Shown here: positions 1 through 8,433 of the stretch, in pieces | Position numbering within the stretch: position 1 is the first letter of the stretch | How the letters are laid out: each line of letters starts with the position of its first letter | Source of the DNA: Candidatus Sumerlaeia bacterium | GTDB lineage: Bacteria > Sumerlaeota > Sumerlaeia > SLMS01 > JAHLLQ01 | Length of the DNA stretch: 64,000 nt | Reading direction: 5' to 3' | NCBI GenBank assembly: GCA_028284075.1 | Contig: JANQSL010000053.1 | Span: 4,316 to 68,315, forward strand | Program-made: the position numbers and the translations under genes | Notes under the pieces: generated by a model | Databases searched by the model: none | The model's input: only the letters and a program-made list of their open reading frames with translations | Told to the model about the DNA's origin: nothing

Positions 1-1063
1 TGAGCCACGTGAAGCTGGGAATGAACTTTGGGCAGGGCACAGTGGCGACATTGGAACTGATGCCAATAACGGCTCCGGTTGGGACGGAAACGTTGATACC
101 AATCTTGCTATGGTCGCCAACGATCATTCCCAGGAACTGACATCCGGTGTCGTGTTCGATTCCGTTAATGGGCATTCGGACGGTTCCATAGGTGTTCTTC
201 AGGTCGCTGTTCAAGGAGTCGGCACCGACATTGACCCATTCACCCAGATAGCTGTGACCGAGAAAACCATCGTGTTGCTTGTTGGAGTAGCCTTGAATGA
301 TGGAGCATTCGATTTCTCCCCCGACTTTGCAAACGGGTCCGATATAGGATCCTTCCCGAATTCGCGAGGCCGCCTGGACAATGGAACCCGGGCCAACGTA
401 AACAGGGCCCTTGAGCCAGGAGTGGGGGAGTATTCGCACTCCGGCGGAAATGCGGACGGGTCCGTCTTCCGCGTCAATGACTGTGCACGGTCCGATTTTC
501 GCGGTTTGATCGATGGATACTTGTGACGGATTCAACATATGAACACCGGGAAACTTTTCCACGCTCCGGCCTGGGCCGTTGTTCGATGTGGACAGGTCCC
601 GGGAAAGAACGCTTTCCTGTTGGCGAATGATTTCCCACGGCCATTCAATCAGTTTGCAGGAATCTCCAAGGTCGATGCCGGGGAGGTGATGGGCAAAATT
701 TGAAAGTCTCTCCTTGTCAAAGAAAATACCTTCATCGAATTCAGCGGGGTCCCTGACAAACAAGCAAACGAGTTTGTTCCCTCCATCAAATCCCGCCCAT
801 GATGATTCAGAGTCCAGGTGCGGAAGGTTTTTCCAAAGTGCGGCTCCATTCAGATAAAGGACGGGTTCACTGTCGCGGGCACGACTGGAGCCGGGATAGA
901 GTTTTCCGAGTTCCTGCCGGACCAGCAATGCGTCGATAGTGGTTAGCTCCGATACTCTTTGCCGAAGCGTTGACGCACCGTAAATGAGATCAAAAACCGG
1001 ACGCAGGTACGTTAATGGAAGGAAATTTTTCCACGTATGATCCTCGTACAGACAAACCTTCAT
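1..1063 (-). CDS. Hexapeptide-repeat (left-handed beta-helix) sugar-phosphate nucleotidyltransferase/acetyltransferase-like protein, GlmU-like; C-terminus runs off the window start
   Basis: Hand translation of the minus strand from the ATG at 1063..1061 gives a stop-free frame to position 2 (about 354 codons): MKVCLYEDHTWKNFLPLTYLRPVFDLIYGAS...IGPVCKVGGEIECSIIQGYSNKQHG...VNVGADSLNSDLKNTYGTVRMPINGIEHDTGCQFLGMIVGDHSKIGINVSVPTGAVIGISSNV. It has isoleucine-patch hexapeptide periodicity. The ATG overlaps the glmS TGA stop as ATGA. The gene is missing from the ORF track only because no stop lies in the window. The plus-strand ORF 110..526 is its antisense shadow. Confidence 0.6.
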   Translation of the reverse strand, partial: MKVCLYEDHTWKNFLPLTYLRPVFDLIYGASTLRQRVSELTTIDALLVRQELGKLYPGSSRARDSEPVLYLNGAALWKNLPHLDSESSWAGFDGGNKLVCLFVRDPAEFDEGIFFDKERLSNFAHHLPGIDLGDSCKLIEWPWEIIRQQESVLSRDLSTSNNGPGRSVEKFPGVHMLNPSQVSIDQTAKIGPCTVIDAEDGPVRISAGVRILPHSWLKGPVYVGPGSIVQAASRIREGSYIGPVCKVGGEIECSIIQGYSNKQHDGFLGHSYLGEWVNVGADSLNSDLKNTYGTVRMPINGIEHDTGCQFLGMIVGDHSKIGINVSVPTGAVIGISSNVATVPCPKFIPSFTWL

Positions 1064-2895
1064 TCGACGGTCACACTCTTCGCAAGGTTTCGGGGTTTGT
1101 CCACGTTGTGACCACGCAAAAGAGCGGCTTCGTAAGCCATCAATTGAAGCGGAACGACGGAGAGAATGGGGGAAAGCATCGGTTCCGTTTCGGGAATTTC
1201 GATAATGTGATCCGTCAGCTCCCGCATCCGCCGGTCACCCTCGGTGCAAATGGCGATGACTTCTCCGCCTCGACCCGTTACCTCCTGAATGTTGGCGAGC
1301 ACTTTCTGGTGAAGGTGGTCTCGCGGTGCGACGAACACGACGGGCATTCCCGGTTCAATGAGGGCGATGGGACCATGCTTCATCTCTGCAGCGGGCATGC
1401 CTTCGGCATGTATATAGCTGATTTCCTTCAATTTAAGGGCGCCTTCAAGAGCGACCGGAAAGTTGACTCCCCGTCCAAGATACAACCAGTGATCGTGATC
1501 CACAAACCGGGATGTCAGCTCCCGTATGGCGGATGCCTTTCCGAGGATTCGTTCGAGTTTTTCGGGAATGACATGCAGTTCCTCAAGGAAGGATGCGCAG
1601 CGGTCCATTGAAAGGTGGCGCCTGCGGCCAAGCTCCGCCGCCAGTACCGCGAGAAGCGCCACTTGCGCAGTGAATGCCTTTGTACTGGCAACGCCAACTT
1701 CCTGGCCCGCACGGAGGTAGACGCCGGCATCGGTTTCCCGCGAGATTCGGGAACCGACCGTATTAATAATTCCAAAGCACGTTGCTCCCCGCAGCCGGAC
1801 TTCCTCCATGGCCGCGAGAGTGTCTGCGGTTTCACCGGACTGACTGACGACGATTGCCAGCGTTCCCTCTCTGACGAGCGGGTTGCGATAGCGAAATTCA
1901 CTGCTGTATTGAATATCGCAGGGGATTCGCGCAAGTTCCTCGATGAGGTACTGCCCGATCATGCCGGCATGCCAGGCTGTTCCGCAGCCCAGCATCACGA
2001 TCTGGCGAACTTTTGCGATTTCTCTGTGCAGTTCTTCCAGCCCCGCTATTCTTGCGCGGCCATTGCGGAGGTCTATCCGGCCGGACAATGTATCGTGCAG
2101 GCAGCGGGGCTGTTCATGGATTTCCTTGAGCATGTAGTGCTCAAAGTGTCCGAGCTCCATCTCCTGAACTTCCATGTCGACCACTTCGATTTCCTTGTCC
2201 ACATGCTGACGATCGAAGGTGGACGTGTGAAACCCGCCGTCGGCAAACACGGCGATTTCATTGTCATCGAGATGCACAACACGGGAGGTGTGCTGAACGA
2301 TTGCCGCCATGTCAGACGCAATGATATGCTCTGCAGCTCCGATCCCGATAATCATGGAACTGCCACGCCGGGCCGCGATCAGTTTGTCCGGTTCATCAAG
2401 GCAAAGCACGGCGAGTCCGAAGGCTCCCTCGATCTTCTGAACCGTCTTGCGAACGCTTTCCTCAAATCCGTGGTTGTGACTGTAATAGTATCCGATGAGC
2501 TGAGCGACCACTTCGGAGTCCGTCTCGCTTGTGAACCGAACACCATGGCTGAGCATTGTTTCCCTGAGTGCGTCATGGTTTTCGACAATGCCGTTGTGGA
2601 CGATTGCAATTTTTCCGGACTGGTCAGTATGGGGGTGGGCATTCTCCTCCGTTGGAGATCCGTGAGTTGCCCATCTGGTATGGGCTATACCGGCTCCCGC
2701 ATAACAATCGGTTTCAGATACCTTGCTCTCAAGATGGCGAACTTCACCAACGGCGCGAACCACCCTGAGAGCTTCGCCCGGTTCAATCCATGCGGCTCCG
2801 GATGAGTCATAGCCGCGATATTCAAGCCTTTTCAGCCCCTGCAACAGAATATCGAGGAGACTCTGCTGTCCGATGTAGCCAACGATTCCACACAT
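1060..2895 (-). CDS. glmS: Glutamine--fructose-6-phosphate aminotransferase (isomerizing)
   Basis: 611 aa. N-terminal MCGIVGY with a Cys2 nucleophile (Ntn amidotransferase) and tandem SIS-domain motifs (VSQSGETADT, GVASTKAFTAQ). Canonical length and C-terminal KPRNLAKSVTVE. Confidence 0.95.
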   Translation of the reverse strand: MCGIVGYIGQQSLLDILLQGLKRLEYRGYDSSGAAWIEPGEALRVVRAVGEVRHLESKVSETDCYAGAGIAHTRWATHGSPTEENAHPHTDQSGKIAIVHNGIVENHDALRETMLSHGVRFTSETDSEVVAQLIGYYYSHNHGFEESVRKTVQKIEGAFGLAVLCLDEPDKLIAARRGSSMIIGIGAAEHIIASDMAAIVQHTSRVVHLDDNEIAVFADGGFHTSTFDRQHVDKEIEVVDMEVQEMELGHFEHYMLKEIHEQPRCLHDTLSGRIDLRNGRARIAGLEELHREIAKVRQIVMLGCGTAWHAGMIGQYLIEELARIPCDIQYSSEFRYRNPLVREGTLAIVVSQSGETADTLAAMEEVRLRGATCFGIINTVGSRISRETDAGVYLRAGQEVGVASTKAFTAQVALLAVLAAELGRRRHLSMDRCASFLEELHVIPEKLERILGKASAIRELTSRFVDHDHWLYLGRGVNFPVALEGALKLKEISYIHAEGMPAAEMKHGPIALIEPGMPVVFVAPRDHLHQKVLANIQEVTGRGGEVIAICTEGDRRMRELTDHIIEIPETEPMLSPILSVVPLQLMAYEAALLRGHNVDKPRNLAKSVTVE

Positions 2896-3022
2896 GTATG
2901 CCGCCCTTGCCGGTGAGTGGCTCTAACGAGCACGAGATTCCCGGTAGCGTGCAGTTTCCACGCGTCGATTGCAAGCACAGTTTTTTTTGAGGAAATTCCT
3001 GCGAGAAACGCAGGCATCTCCG

Positions 3023-3835
3023 CTACTTCGCCGGAGGCAATTCACTCAGGTTGCAGTTTACGACAGCCAGCAGGGCTTCACGGTTTTCCGTCCACATTTG
3101 ATCGAAGGCTTTCGAATCAGGCATGCCACGAGGGAGTTCCAGAGTTACCATGGGTATGCCAAGTTCAATGCCTGCATAGGTGCCGTAGGAGCCGGGTGTT
3201 GGGTAGCCGATATAGGGTTTCACTTCGTAGCCGTTGTGTTCGGCCATAAGTTCCGCAAGAGGCAAGCCGTTGGGGCCGTCGTTGTTGTTGCACTTGAGGG
3301 GTTGGTGAACGCTGAGGATCTTGTCGGGCTGGTGATCGGCGTGGAGCTTGAAGACGATCCGGGTCTCCGGTTCTGATGCGGGTGTTGGACCGAAGTCGAC
3401 AACACGTTGTCCTCCGGGTTGTCTGCCCCAGTTGCCTGTTGGATAATTACGGTTCAGGTCGGTGTCGTTGGCATTGTTGCGAGTGTTATGCACGAAGCCG
3501 TCGGGGTTCAGAAGCGGAACAACAACGACTTGTTTGTCCGGCGCGACAAGATCCGGATTTTTGTGGAGAAGGTTGGCGAATTCAAAGCCGAAACGCGGTG
3601 TGCTGCGTTCGGAGCCATGGAAGCAGCTGAAGAAAAGTGTGACGTCTTCCCCTGTGCCAAAGACTGCTTTCCGGATTGGGCGATTTTCGACGGAGCGGCC
3701 GATTTCCTGCCAGGGGATGTGGCTGAACTGCGTGTAATAGTATTCGTCGGTCAGCTTTTTTTCAGCTCCGGCTCGAGAGGTTGAGCATCCGGCAACAAGC
3801 AGGATCTGTAACAAAAGAAAAAGAGCTTTGTACAC
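3023..3835 (-). CDS. M14-family zinc peptidase lipoprotein (murein peptide amidase / gamma-D-Glu-mDAP peptidase-like)
   Basis: Start moved to an in-frame GTG at 3835 with GGAG 7 nt upstream, giving a lipoprotein signal (LLLQILLVAGC lipobox). M14 motifs: HGSE (HxxE zinc ligands), NPDGF, NRNYP. The track ORF starts farther upstream at 4012. Confidence 0.7.
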   Translation of the reverse strand: MYKALFLLLQILLVAGCSTSRAGAEKKLTDEYYYTQFSHIPWQEIGRSVENRPIRKAVFGTGEDVTLFFSCFHGSERSTPRFGFEFANLLHKNPDLVAPDKQVVVVPLLNPDGFVHNTRNNANDTDLNRNYPTGNWGRQPGGQRVVDFGPTPASEPETRIVFKLHADHQPDKILSVHQPLKCNNNDGPNGLPLAELMAEHNGYEVKPYIGYPTPGSYGTYAGIELGIPMVTLELPRGMPDSKAFDQMWTENREALLAVVNCNLSELPPAK

Positions 3836-4187
3836 TGTGATCTCCAAATGAGTGGAATTCAAAAAACAAGACTCATTTAGCACGGGAGGTAAAGGCGGAT
3901 CGCACCATTTTGAACTCCCGGTACCTCCTATGCGGTACCAGGCTGTAGCGCACGGAAACTTTGTGGGAAGTCGCACAAATATTGGTATGGCAAGAGTGAC
4001 AGATTGAGGCAACCGGCTTAATCCGTCTGCTTTGTACCGCAGGGTTGCGATAATCGCCTGACAAAAGCTTAAGGATGTCGATCAAAGGCGACCTTTTGCT
4101 GGACACACACCGTCCTGTCTTCTTACAAATCCAATTCCGTCAGTTGAATTGCCTTCCGGCGTGCAATTTCCAAAGTGAGAGACCCGT

Positions 4188-5732
4188 ATGGGTGGTTCGC
4201 TTGACCGAACAGCTTCATCGGCATCAGAATTGAACGAAGCAACCGCTGACTCACCGGCCAAGAAGGGAAACACTGTCGGTGGTTACGTTATTGGGTCGCC
4301 AGCGCGCTCAGATCGCTTTTTCTACAAGTACAAGGGCTCCCACGCTTCAACGAGAACTTCTGTTTTTATCAAATTGCTACGGACCGAGTGCATCGGGACG
4401 GACTCTGAGTTCGGCAAGGAATTCAACAGGGTTTTGCACCGGTTGAGTTCGCTCAGTCACCCGGGTCTATTGCCGGTTCTGGACAGTGGAACTTTCGGCG
4501 ATCAGTATTATGTCATCGAGCCTGCCATCGATGGGTTTGCCTTGGCTCTTGGTCTGGAAAACGATCACTTTCTCGATGAAGACAAGATCAGAATTTTTCG
4601 TCAGCTTTCTGACGCAGTGGAAGGACTCCATTCGGAAGGTGTGGTTTATGGCGACCTTCATCCGAATGCGATTTTTATCACAACGGATGATTCGGTTCGT
4701 TGTGGCGGATATGGCATTTCACCTCTGATCGATTCGATCGGACAGTCTCCGGCCCGTTTGAATGAAGAGCATCGAAGATTCTGTGCTCCCGAGGTTTTGG
4801 CTGGTGAGCATGCCACTGTCCGATCTGATGTGTTTTCACTGACTGCTCTCTTTGCCTGTTTGCTTTTAGGCAAGGAGGCCTGGGACAAGTCGGACAGCCA
4901 TCTGTCTCAGATTATTCTCGTGCCGGATGTTCTCGAGTGCCTGAAGAAGGGAATGGCCCGGTCGCCGGAAGACAGATACGCGAGCGTCAGCGAGTTCTCG
5001 ACGGCTTTTTTTCAAAGATACACCAAGCACACATCAGTCGTTGTGCCGGACGATCCCACAACAAGACATCACGTTGAAGAAAACGAGAAGCCGGGACTGA
5101 ACAAGAAGGCCGCTTTGATTCAGGGAACAGCGCTCTTCCTCGGCGCAGCCGCTATTTTGGCCGGAGTTGTGGTTGTTCGCGAAAAGAAAATTGAGGAAGC
5201 GAAACGCGCACGGGCAGAGGCTGAACCCGCTCCAATCGCTGAACCGACCATGCCTCCTCAGTTTGACGTACCTGAGGAGAGGCCCACTCCGACACCGGTC
5301 CCAACGGCTACTCCGACCCCGACCCCAACTCCCGTAATGGCTACGCCGACCCCCGCGGTTCCCGGGAGCACGAACGCCTGGCTGGCCAGAGTGGATGAAT
5401 GGCCGGGGCACTTTCGCATCGCAGTCGGAATGCCAGGGTCGGTTCCGTGGACGTACCCCGCGATCGTGGTTTTTGATGATCTCAAGCCAGCCACCCGCGA
5501 GGCCGTTTATAATCTCTATCGTTCCGTCGAAGGTGGACAGCTCTTGTCGGGTGTTGTTCGTATTGTCGATCTGCCTCAGGAGGCCAATTCGATTGAGTCT
5601 GATTACGAGATCACTCGACCCGAAATTCTGTTTATCGATCCATCGGGTAAAGTTCATGCACGCATGCCGGTGACAGTGGAAGGGGCACGCTTTAGCGATG
5701 CGCTGAAGTCGTTTGTCTCTTCATCCGATTAA
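4188..5732 (+). CDS. Membrane-spanning eukaryotic-like Ser/Thr protein kinase homolog, probable pseudokinase, with Pro-Thr linker and C-terminal extracytoplasmic TlpA-like thioredoxin-fold domain lacking CxxC
   Basis: Kinase-fold motifs: beta3 Lys (SVFIKLL), an alphaC segment ending in L-HPGL, YYVIEP hinge, catalytic loop YGDLHPNAIF (HRD Arg lost, catalytic-loop Lys replaced by His), no DFG (CGGYG in its place), APE plus SDVFSLTALF. One TM helix (ALFLGAAAILAGVVVV) follows. Then a PT-rich linker (PTPTPVPTATPTPTPTP). The C-terminal domain carries the thioredoxin-fold landmark RPEILFIDPSGKV (cf. TlpA TPTTFLIDRDGKI) but no Cys pair. GAGAG RBS precedes the ATG. Confidence 0.7.
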   Translation: MGGSLDRTASSASELNEATADSPAKKGNTVGGYVIGSPARSDRFFYKYKGSHASTRTSVFIKLLRTECIGTDSEFGKEFNRVLHRLSSLSHPGLLPVLDSGTFGDQYYVIEPAIDGFALALGLENDHFLDEDKIRIFRQLSDAVEGLHSEGVVYGDLHPNAIFITTDDSVRCGGYGISPLIDSIGQSPARLNEEHRRFCAPEVLAGEHATVRSDVFSLTALFACLLLGKEAWDKSDSHLSQIILVPDVLECLKKGMARSPEDRYASVSEFSTAFFQRYTKHTSVVVPDDPTTRHHVEENEKPGLNKKAALIQGTALFLGAAAILAGVVVVREKKIEEAKRARAEAEPAPIAEPTMPPQFDVPEERPTPTPVPTATPTPTPTPVMATPTPAVPGSTNAWLARVDEWPGHFRIAVGMPGSVPWTYPAIVVFDDLKPATREAVYNLYRSVEGGQLLSGVVRIVDLPQEANSIESDYEITRPEILFIDPSGKVHARMPVTVEGARFSDALKSFVSSSD

Positions 5733-5785
5733 GCCGAAGCCGAAAGCCAGCAGACCAGAAGCCGCCGTTTGGCAGCCACAGTCAC

Positions 5786-6964
5786 TTAGTCGAAGTACCG
5801 GGACAGGAAATCCTGAATTTCGTTCCATGTGGTGACTTGCGCGTCCACCTTGAGCCGACCTCGTTCGCTTCCATCGCGGGCGAGGACCACGAAGGACGGC
5901 AGTTTGGATACACCAAACTTCTGTGCGTTGCGCTTGCCGATAGCGTCACTGACGTCAAGTTTGAGGAGGGCGAACCGTTCGAATTCGCGGCGAGTAATTG
6001 CATTGCCGGGGATCGTCATTCTGAGGTGTTCGTGCCCCGAGGAGCTGGAATCCGTGAAAAGAATGAGACACTTGGTTGCACGGCGCTGAGTTTCCGCCCA
6101 GGCAGCCTCCGGGTCATCATGCCAGTAGAGTGGCCCATTTGTGTCGATGAGTGATATTTCGGGTTTGGCCTGTCGTGGTGGGGGAGCCGAAATCTCCCTC
6201 GGAGTCGATTCCACGGGCCGTGGGGTCACGGCATATGCGGTGTCCGCTTCCGGCAGTTCGTCTTCGTCGGTGAAAAGGAGCGCGAGGTTGTCAAGGACCA
6301 CTGGTTGAAGAATGTCTGTATGAGAAACCATGACTCCTCCCAGCAGGTTATCCAGAGTCCCTTCAAAGAGCGGGCAAAACGATGCGGATTGTCCGTTCAT
6401 GCCGGCAACGATTGTGTCGTCATCGTTCAACAGGAGCTGAAGGCGGTTCCATCCCGGCTTGTGGATTGGAAGCTCCATGGCAGGTTGAGTTTGGAAGAGA
6501 ATCGGTCCCGGTGTAACACCGTCGGAATAGGAAAAATAGAAAATGCTTCCTCTCTTGTCGAAACCCGCCCGGTACATGGCGTATGCACTGCCACCCTTTG
6601 GCGTTGCCATTACGGAGATATTGGGAACGGGCTGGTCGGCATCCGGGAGGAAGAAATCGACTTGAAGCAGTGCGGCGCCTCGAGAGTCAAGCTCGTCCCG
6701 CGTAAAGGTCTCCGGGAGAGTGAGGCTGAGATGCGGTGCCGCGGATGTCGGGAGAAGCTGGAGTCCTCCGTTGCCGTGGCCGGGTTGCATATTCCCGTCC
6801 AGATCGATTTCCTTTGCATTGGCGGGCGAGGCTCTATGCCCAAGACGCAGCCGCCCCATGGCACCTGGTTCCTCGAACGATTCCAGAATGTCAGCCTGGG
6901 CAAGGCCTCCCTCCACGAAAAGGAAGGCTGTCAAAAATAGTGCCATGAATCCTGCGGATTTCAT
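5786..6964 (-). CDS. Secreted two-domain protein: N-terminal beta-rich domain plus C-terminal cysteine-less thioredoxin-like (TlpA-like) domain; paralog A
   Basis: Signal peptide MKSAGFMALFLTAFLFVEGGLAQA. C-terminal domain AWAETQRRATKCLILFTDSSSSGHEHL...LPSFVVLARDGSERG (thioredoxin fold with the CxxC position occupied by SGHE). Paralogous to the adjacent gene 7060..8244. Confidence 0.6.
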   Translation of the reverse strand: MKSAGFMALFLTAFLFVEGGLAQADILESFEEPGAMGRLRLGHRASPANAKEIDLDGNMQPGHGNGGLQLLPTSAAPHLSLTLPETFTRDELDSRGAALLQVDFFLPDADQPVPNISVMATPKGGSAYAMYRAGFDKRGSIFYFSYSDGVTPGPILFQTQPAMELPIHKPGWNRLQLLLNDDDTIVAGMNGQSASFCPLFEGTLDNLLGGVMVSHTDILQPVVLDNLALLFTDEDELPEADTAYAVTPRPVESTPREISAPPPRQAKPEISLIDTNGPLYWHDDPEAAWAETQRRATKCLILFTDSSSSGHEHLRMTIPGNAITRREFERFALLKLDVSDAIGKRNAQKFGVSKLPSFVVLARDGSERGRLKVDAQVTTWNEIQDFLSRYFD

Positions 6965-7059
6965 CAGCTCCGTATTTCCTCCTGGGTAAGATGGTGCTGT
7001 CTGCTTGTCTGGCGGAGTGCCCTCGGAAGCACCCTTGCCGTCAACTTGATTCGGTGGAG

Positions 7060-8244
7060 CTACGCTCCTTTCAATCCTTCAAGAATTTGCTGCCATGTCA
7101 TATCGGAATCTTTTGCGACATGGACGTTATTCGTCATTTCGCCATCGAGTCCAATGACGGCGACTGCAGGGAAATCCGTTAGGTTGTAACGTTGTGCGAA
7201 GACCTGACCGGAACCGCTGTCGACATCAACACGAAGCGGCACGCATTGTGTCAGGACCGGTTTGATTTCGTCGACGTTGAGGATTCTGATGATGTTTTCG
7301 TTCGCGGCAAGATCGTCACCGTGAAACACGGCGAAGATCACCTTGTTGGCGTTACTGGCTTCTCTCCACGCCTCTGAGGGGCTTGTCGTCCATTCCATTC
7401 CGCCGATGTTCCAGCGATTTGCCTGAAGTCCTGAAAACGGAACGGAGAGAGAGCTTCTGACAAACCAGGGCGAACCGGGCGGGTCATCCGTCGCGTCTGG
7501 CGTCCAGAGAATTCCCAGATTATCCGCGTAGACGGCTCGGTCGCCTCCGTCTTTTGCACGTGTTACCATAACACCGGGTTCGAGTCTCACCAGTGTGCTT
7601 TCGGATATTGGAGAGAATGACGTGATTTGTCCGTCGATGGCACACAGGATTTCCTCCTGCCCTCTGAAAATGAGTTGAAGACGATGCCAGCCTGGCAAGG
7701 TAAGGTCGAATTCTGAAAGAGACTGGCGAAGATAGATGTCAGGAGATCCCTTCTGATTGGTGAAGGAGAAGTAAACACGGTCCCGGTCCACACCGAACCG
7801 ATAGAAGCGGTATGACTTCCGATCAGCCGAGCCGTCGCTGGCGTTGGCCAGGATTGCCATCGTCGGGTGAACGGCAATGTCTGCCGGAACATAGAAGTCG
7901 ACCTGGAAGAGGGCTGCGCCTTCAGCTCCAAGCTTTTGACGATTCAGGGATCGGCGGTCGAGAACACTGAGATGCGGATCGCTTTCGAGAGGTCGCAGCT
8001 CCAACCCGTAATTTCCAACGATGGCGCTTGAAGGGCCCTCATGAAGCAGGCTGCCATATTCGCTTACCCCCCATGCAATAGAGCGTGTGGTAAGCGGGCT
8101 GCTATGATGGCCGTGGACGAGGGTGTCGGGCCACTTTCCAAGGGTGTCTTCGAAGTGCTGCACGGCATACTGGCGGTATTGTGCAAGCACCGGGCTGGCG
8201 ATCAGCAGCAGCATGACCAGGCTGAATGCGATCCTAAGGAACAT
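7060..8244 (-). CDS. Secreted two-domain protein with C-terminal cysteine-less thioredoxin-like domain; paralog B
   Basis: Signal peptide MFLRIAFSLVMLLLIASPVLAQ. Blocks shared with paralog A: GAALFQVDFYVPADIA vs GAALLQVDFFLPDAD, and PGWHRLQLIF vs PGWNRLQLLL. C-terminal thioredoxin-like region SEAWREASNANKVIFAVFHGDDLAAN...FPAVAVIGLDGEM. Confidence 0.6.
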   Translation of the reverse strand: MFLRIAFSLVMLLLIASPVLAQYRQYAVQHFEDTLGKWPDTLVHGHHSSPLTTRSIAWGVSEYGSLLHEGPSSAIVGNYGLELRPLESDPHLSVLDRRSLNRQKLGAEGAALFQVDFYVPADIAVHPTMAILANASDGSADRKSYRFYRFGVDRDRVYFSFTNQKGSPDIYLRQSLSEFDLTLPGWHRLQLIFRGQEEILCAIDGQITSFSPISESTLVRLEPGVMVTRAKDGGDRAVYADNLGILWTPDATDDPPGSPWFVRSSLSVPFSGLQANRWNIGGMEWTTSPSEAWREASNANKVIFAVFHGDDLAANENIIRILNVDEIKPVLTQCVPLRVDVDSGSGQVFAQRYNLTDFPAVAVIGLDGEMTNNVHVAKDSDMTWQQILEGLKGA

Positions 8245-8375
8245 TTCTTTCTCCTGTCAGTCTCGTCAAAAGAGCGGTTTGTTGGATGGCACTGCTACCC
8301 GGGGTGAGCAATGAAATATACACGGTTTTTTTTAGTTTTGAGCATACTGGTGACACTGTGTTTTGATCCACGATA

Positions 8376-8408
8376 GAAAAAGGCACCCTCCGGACGGAGG
8401 GTGCCTTT
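8376..8408 (-). terminator. Rho-independent terminator downstream of the 8434..12087 gene
   Basis: Perfect 10-bp stem GGCACCCTCC / GGAGGGTGCC with a GGAC loop. It is flanked by A5 on the plus strand, which gives a U-run on the minus-strand transcript. Confidence 0.6.
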
Positions 8409-8433
8409 GAACTGAAGGCAGGGGTTTTCGCTT

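Noticed and set aside
110-526. 138-aa plus-strand ORF at the window start
   Set aside because: It lies antisense to the stop-free minus-strand hexapeptide-repeat gene (1..1063). Hexapeptide repeats and high GC generate long shadow ORFs. It has no RBS or start context.
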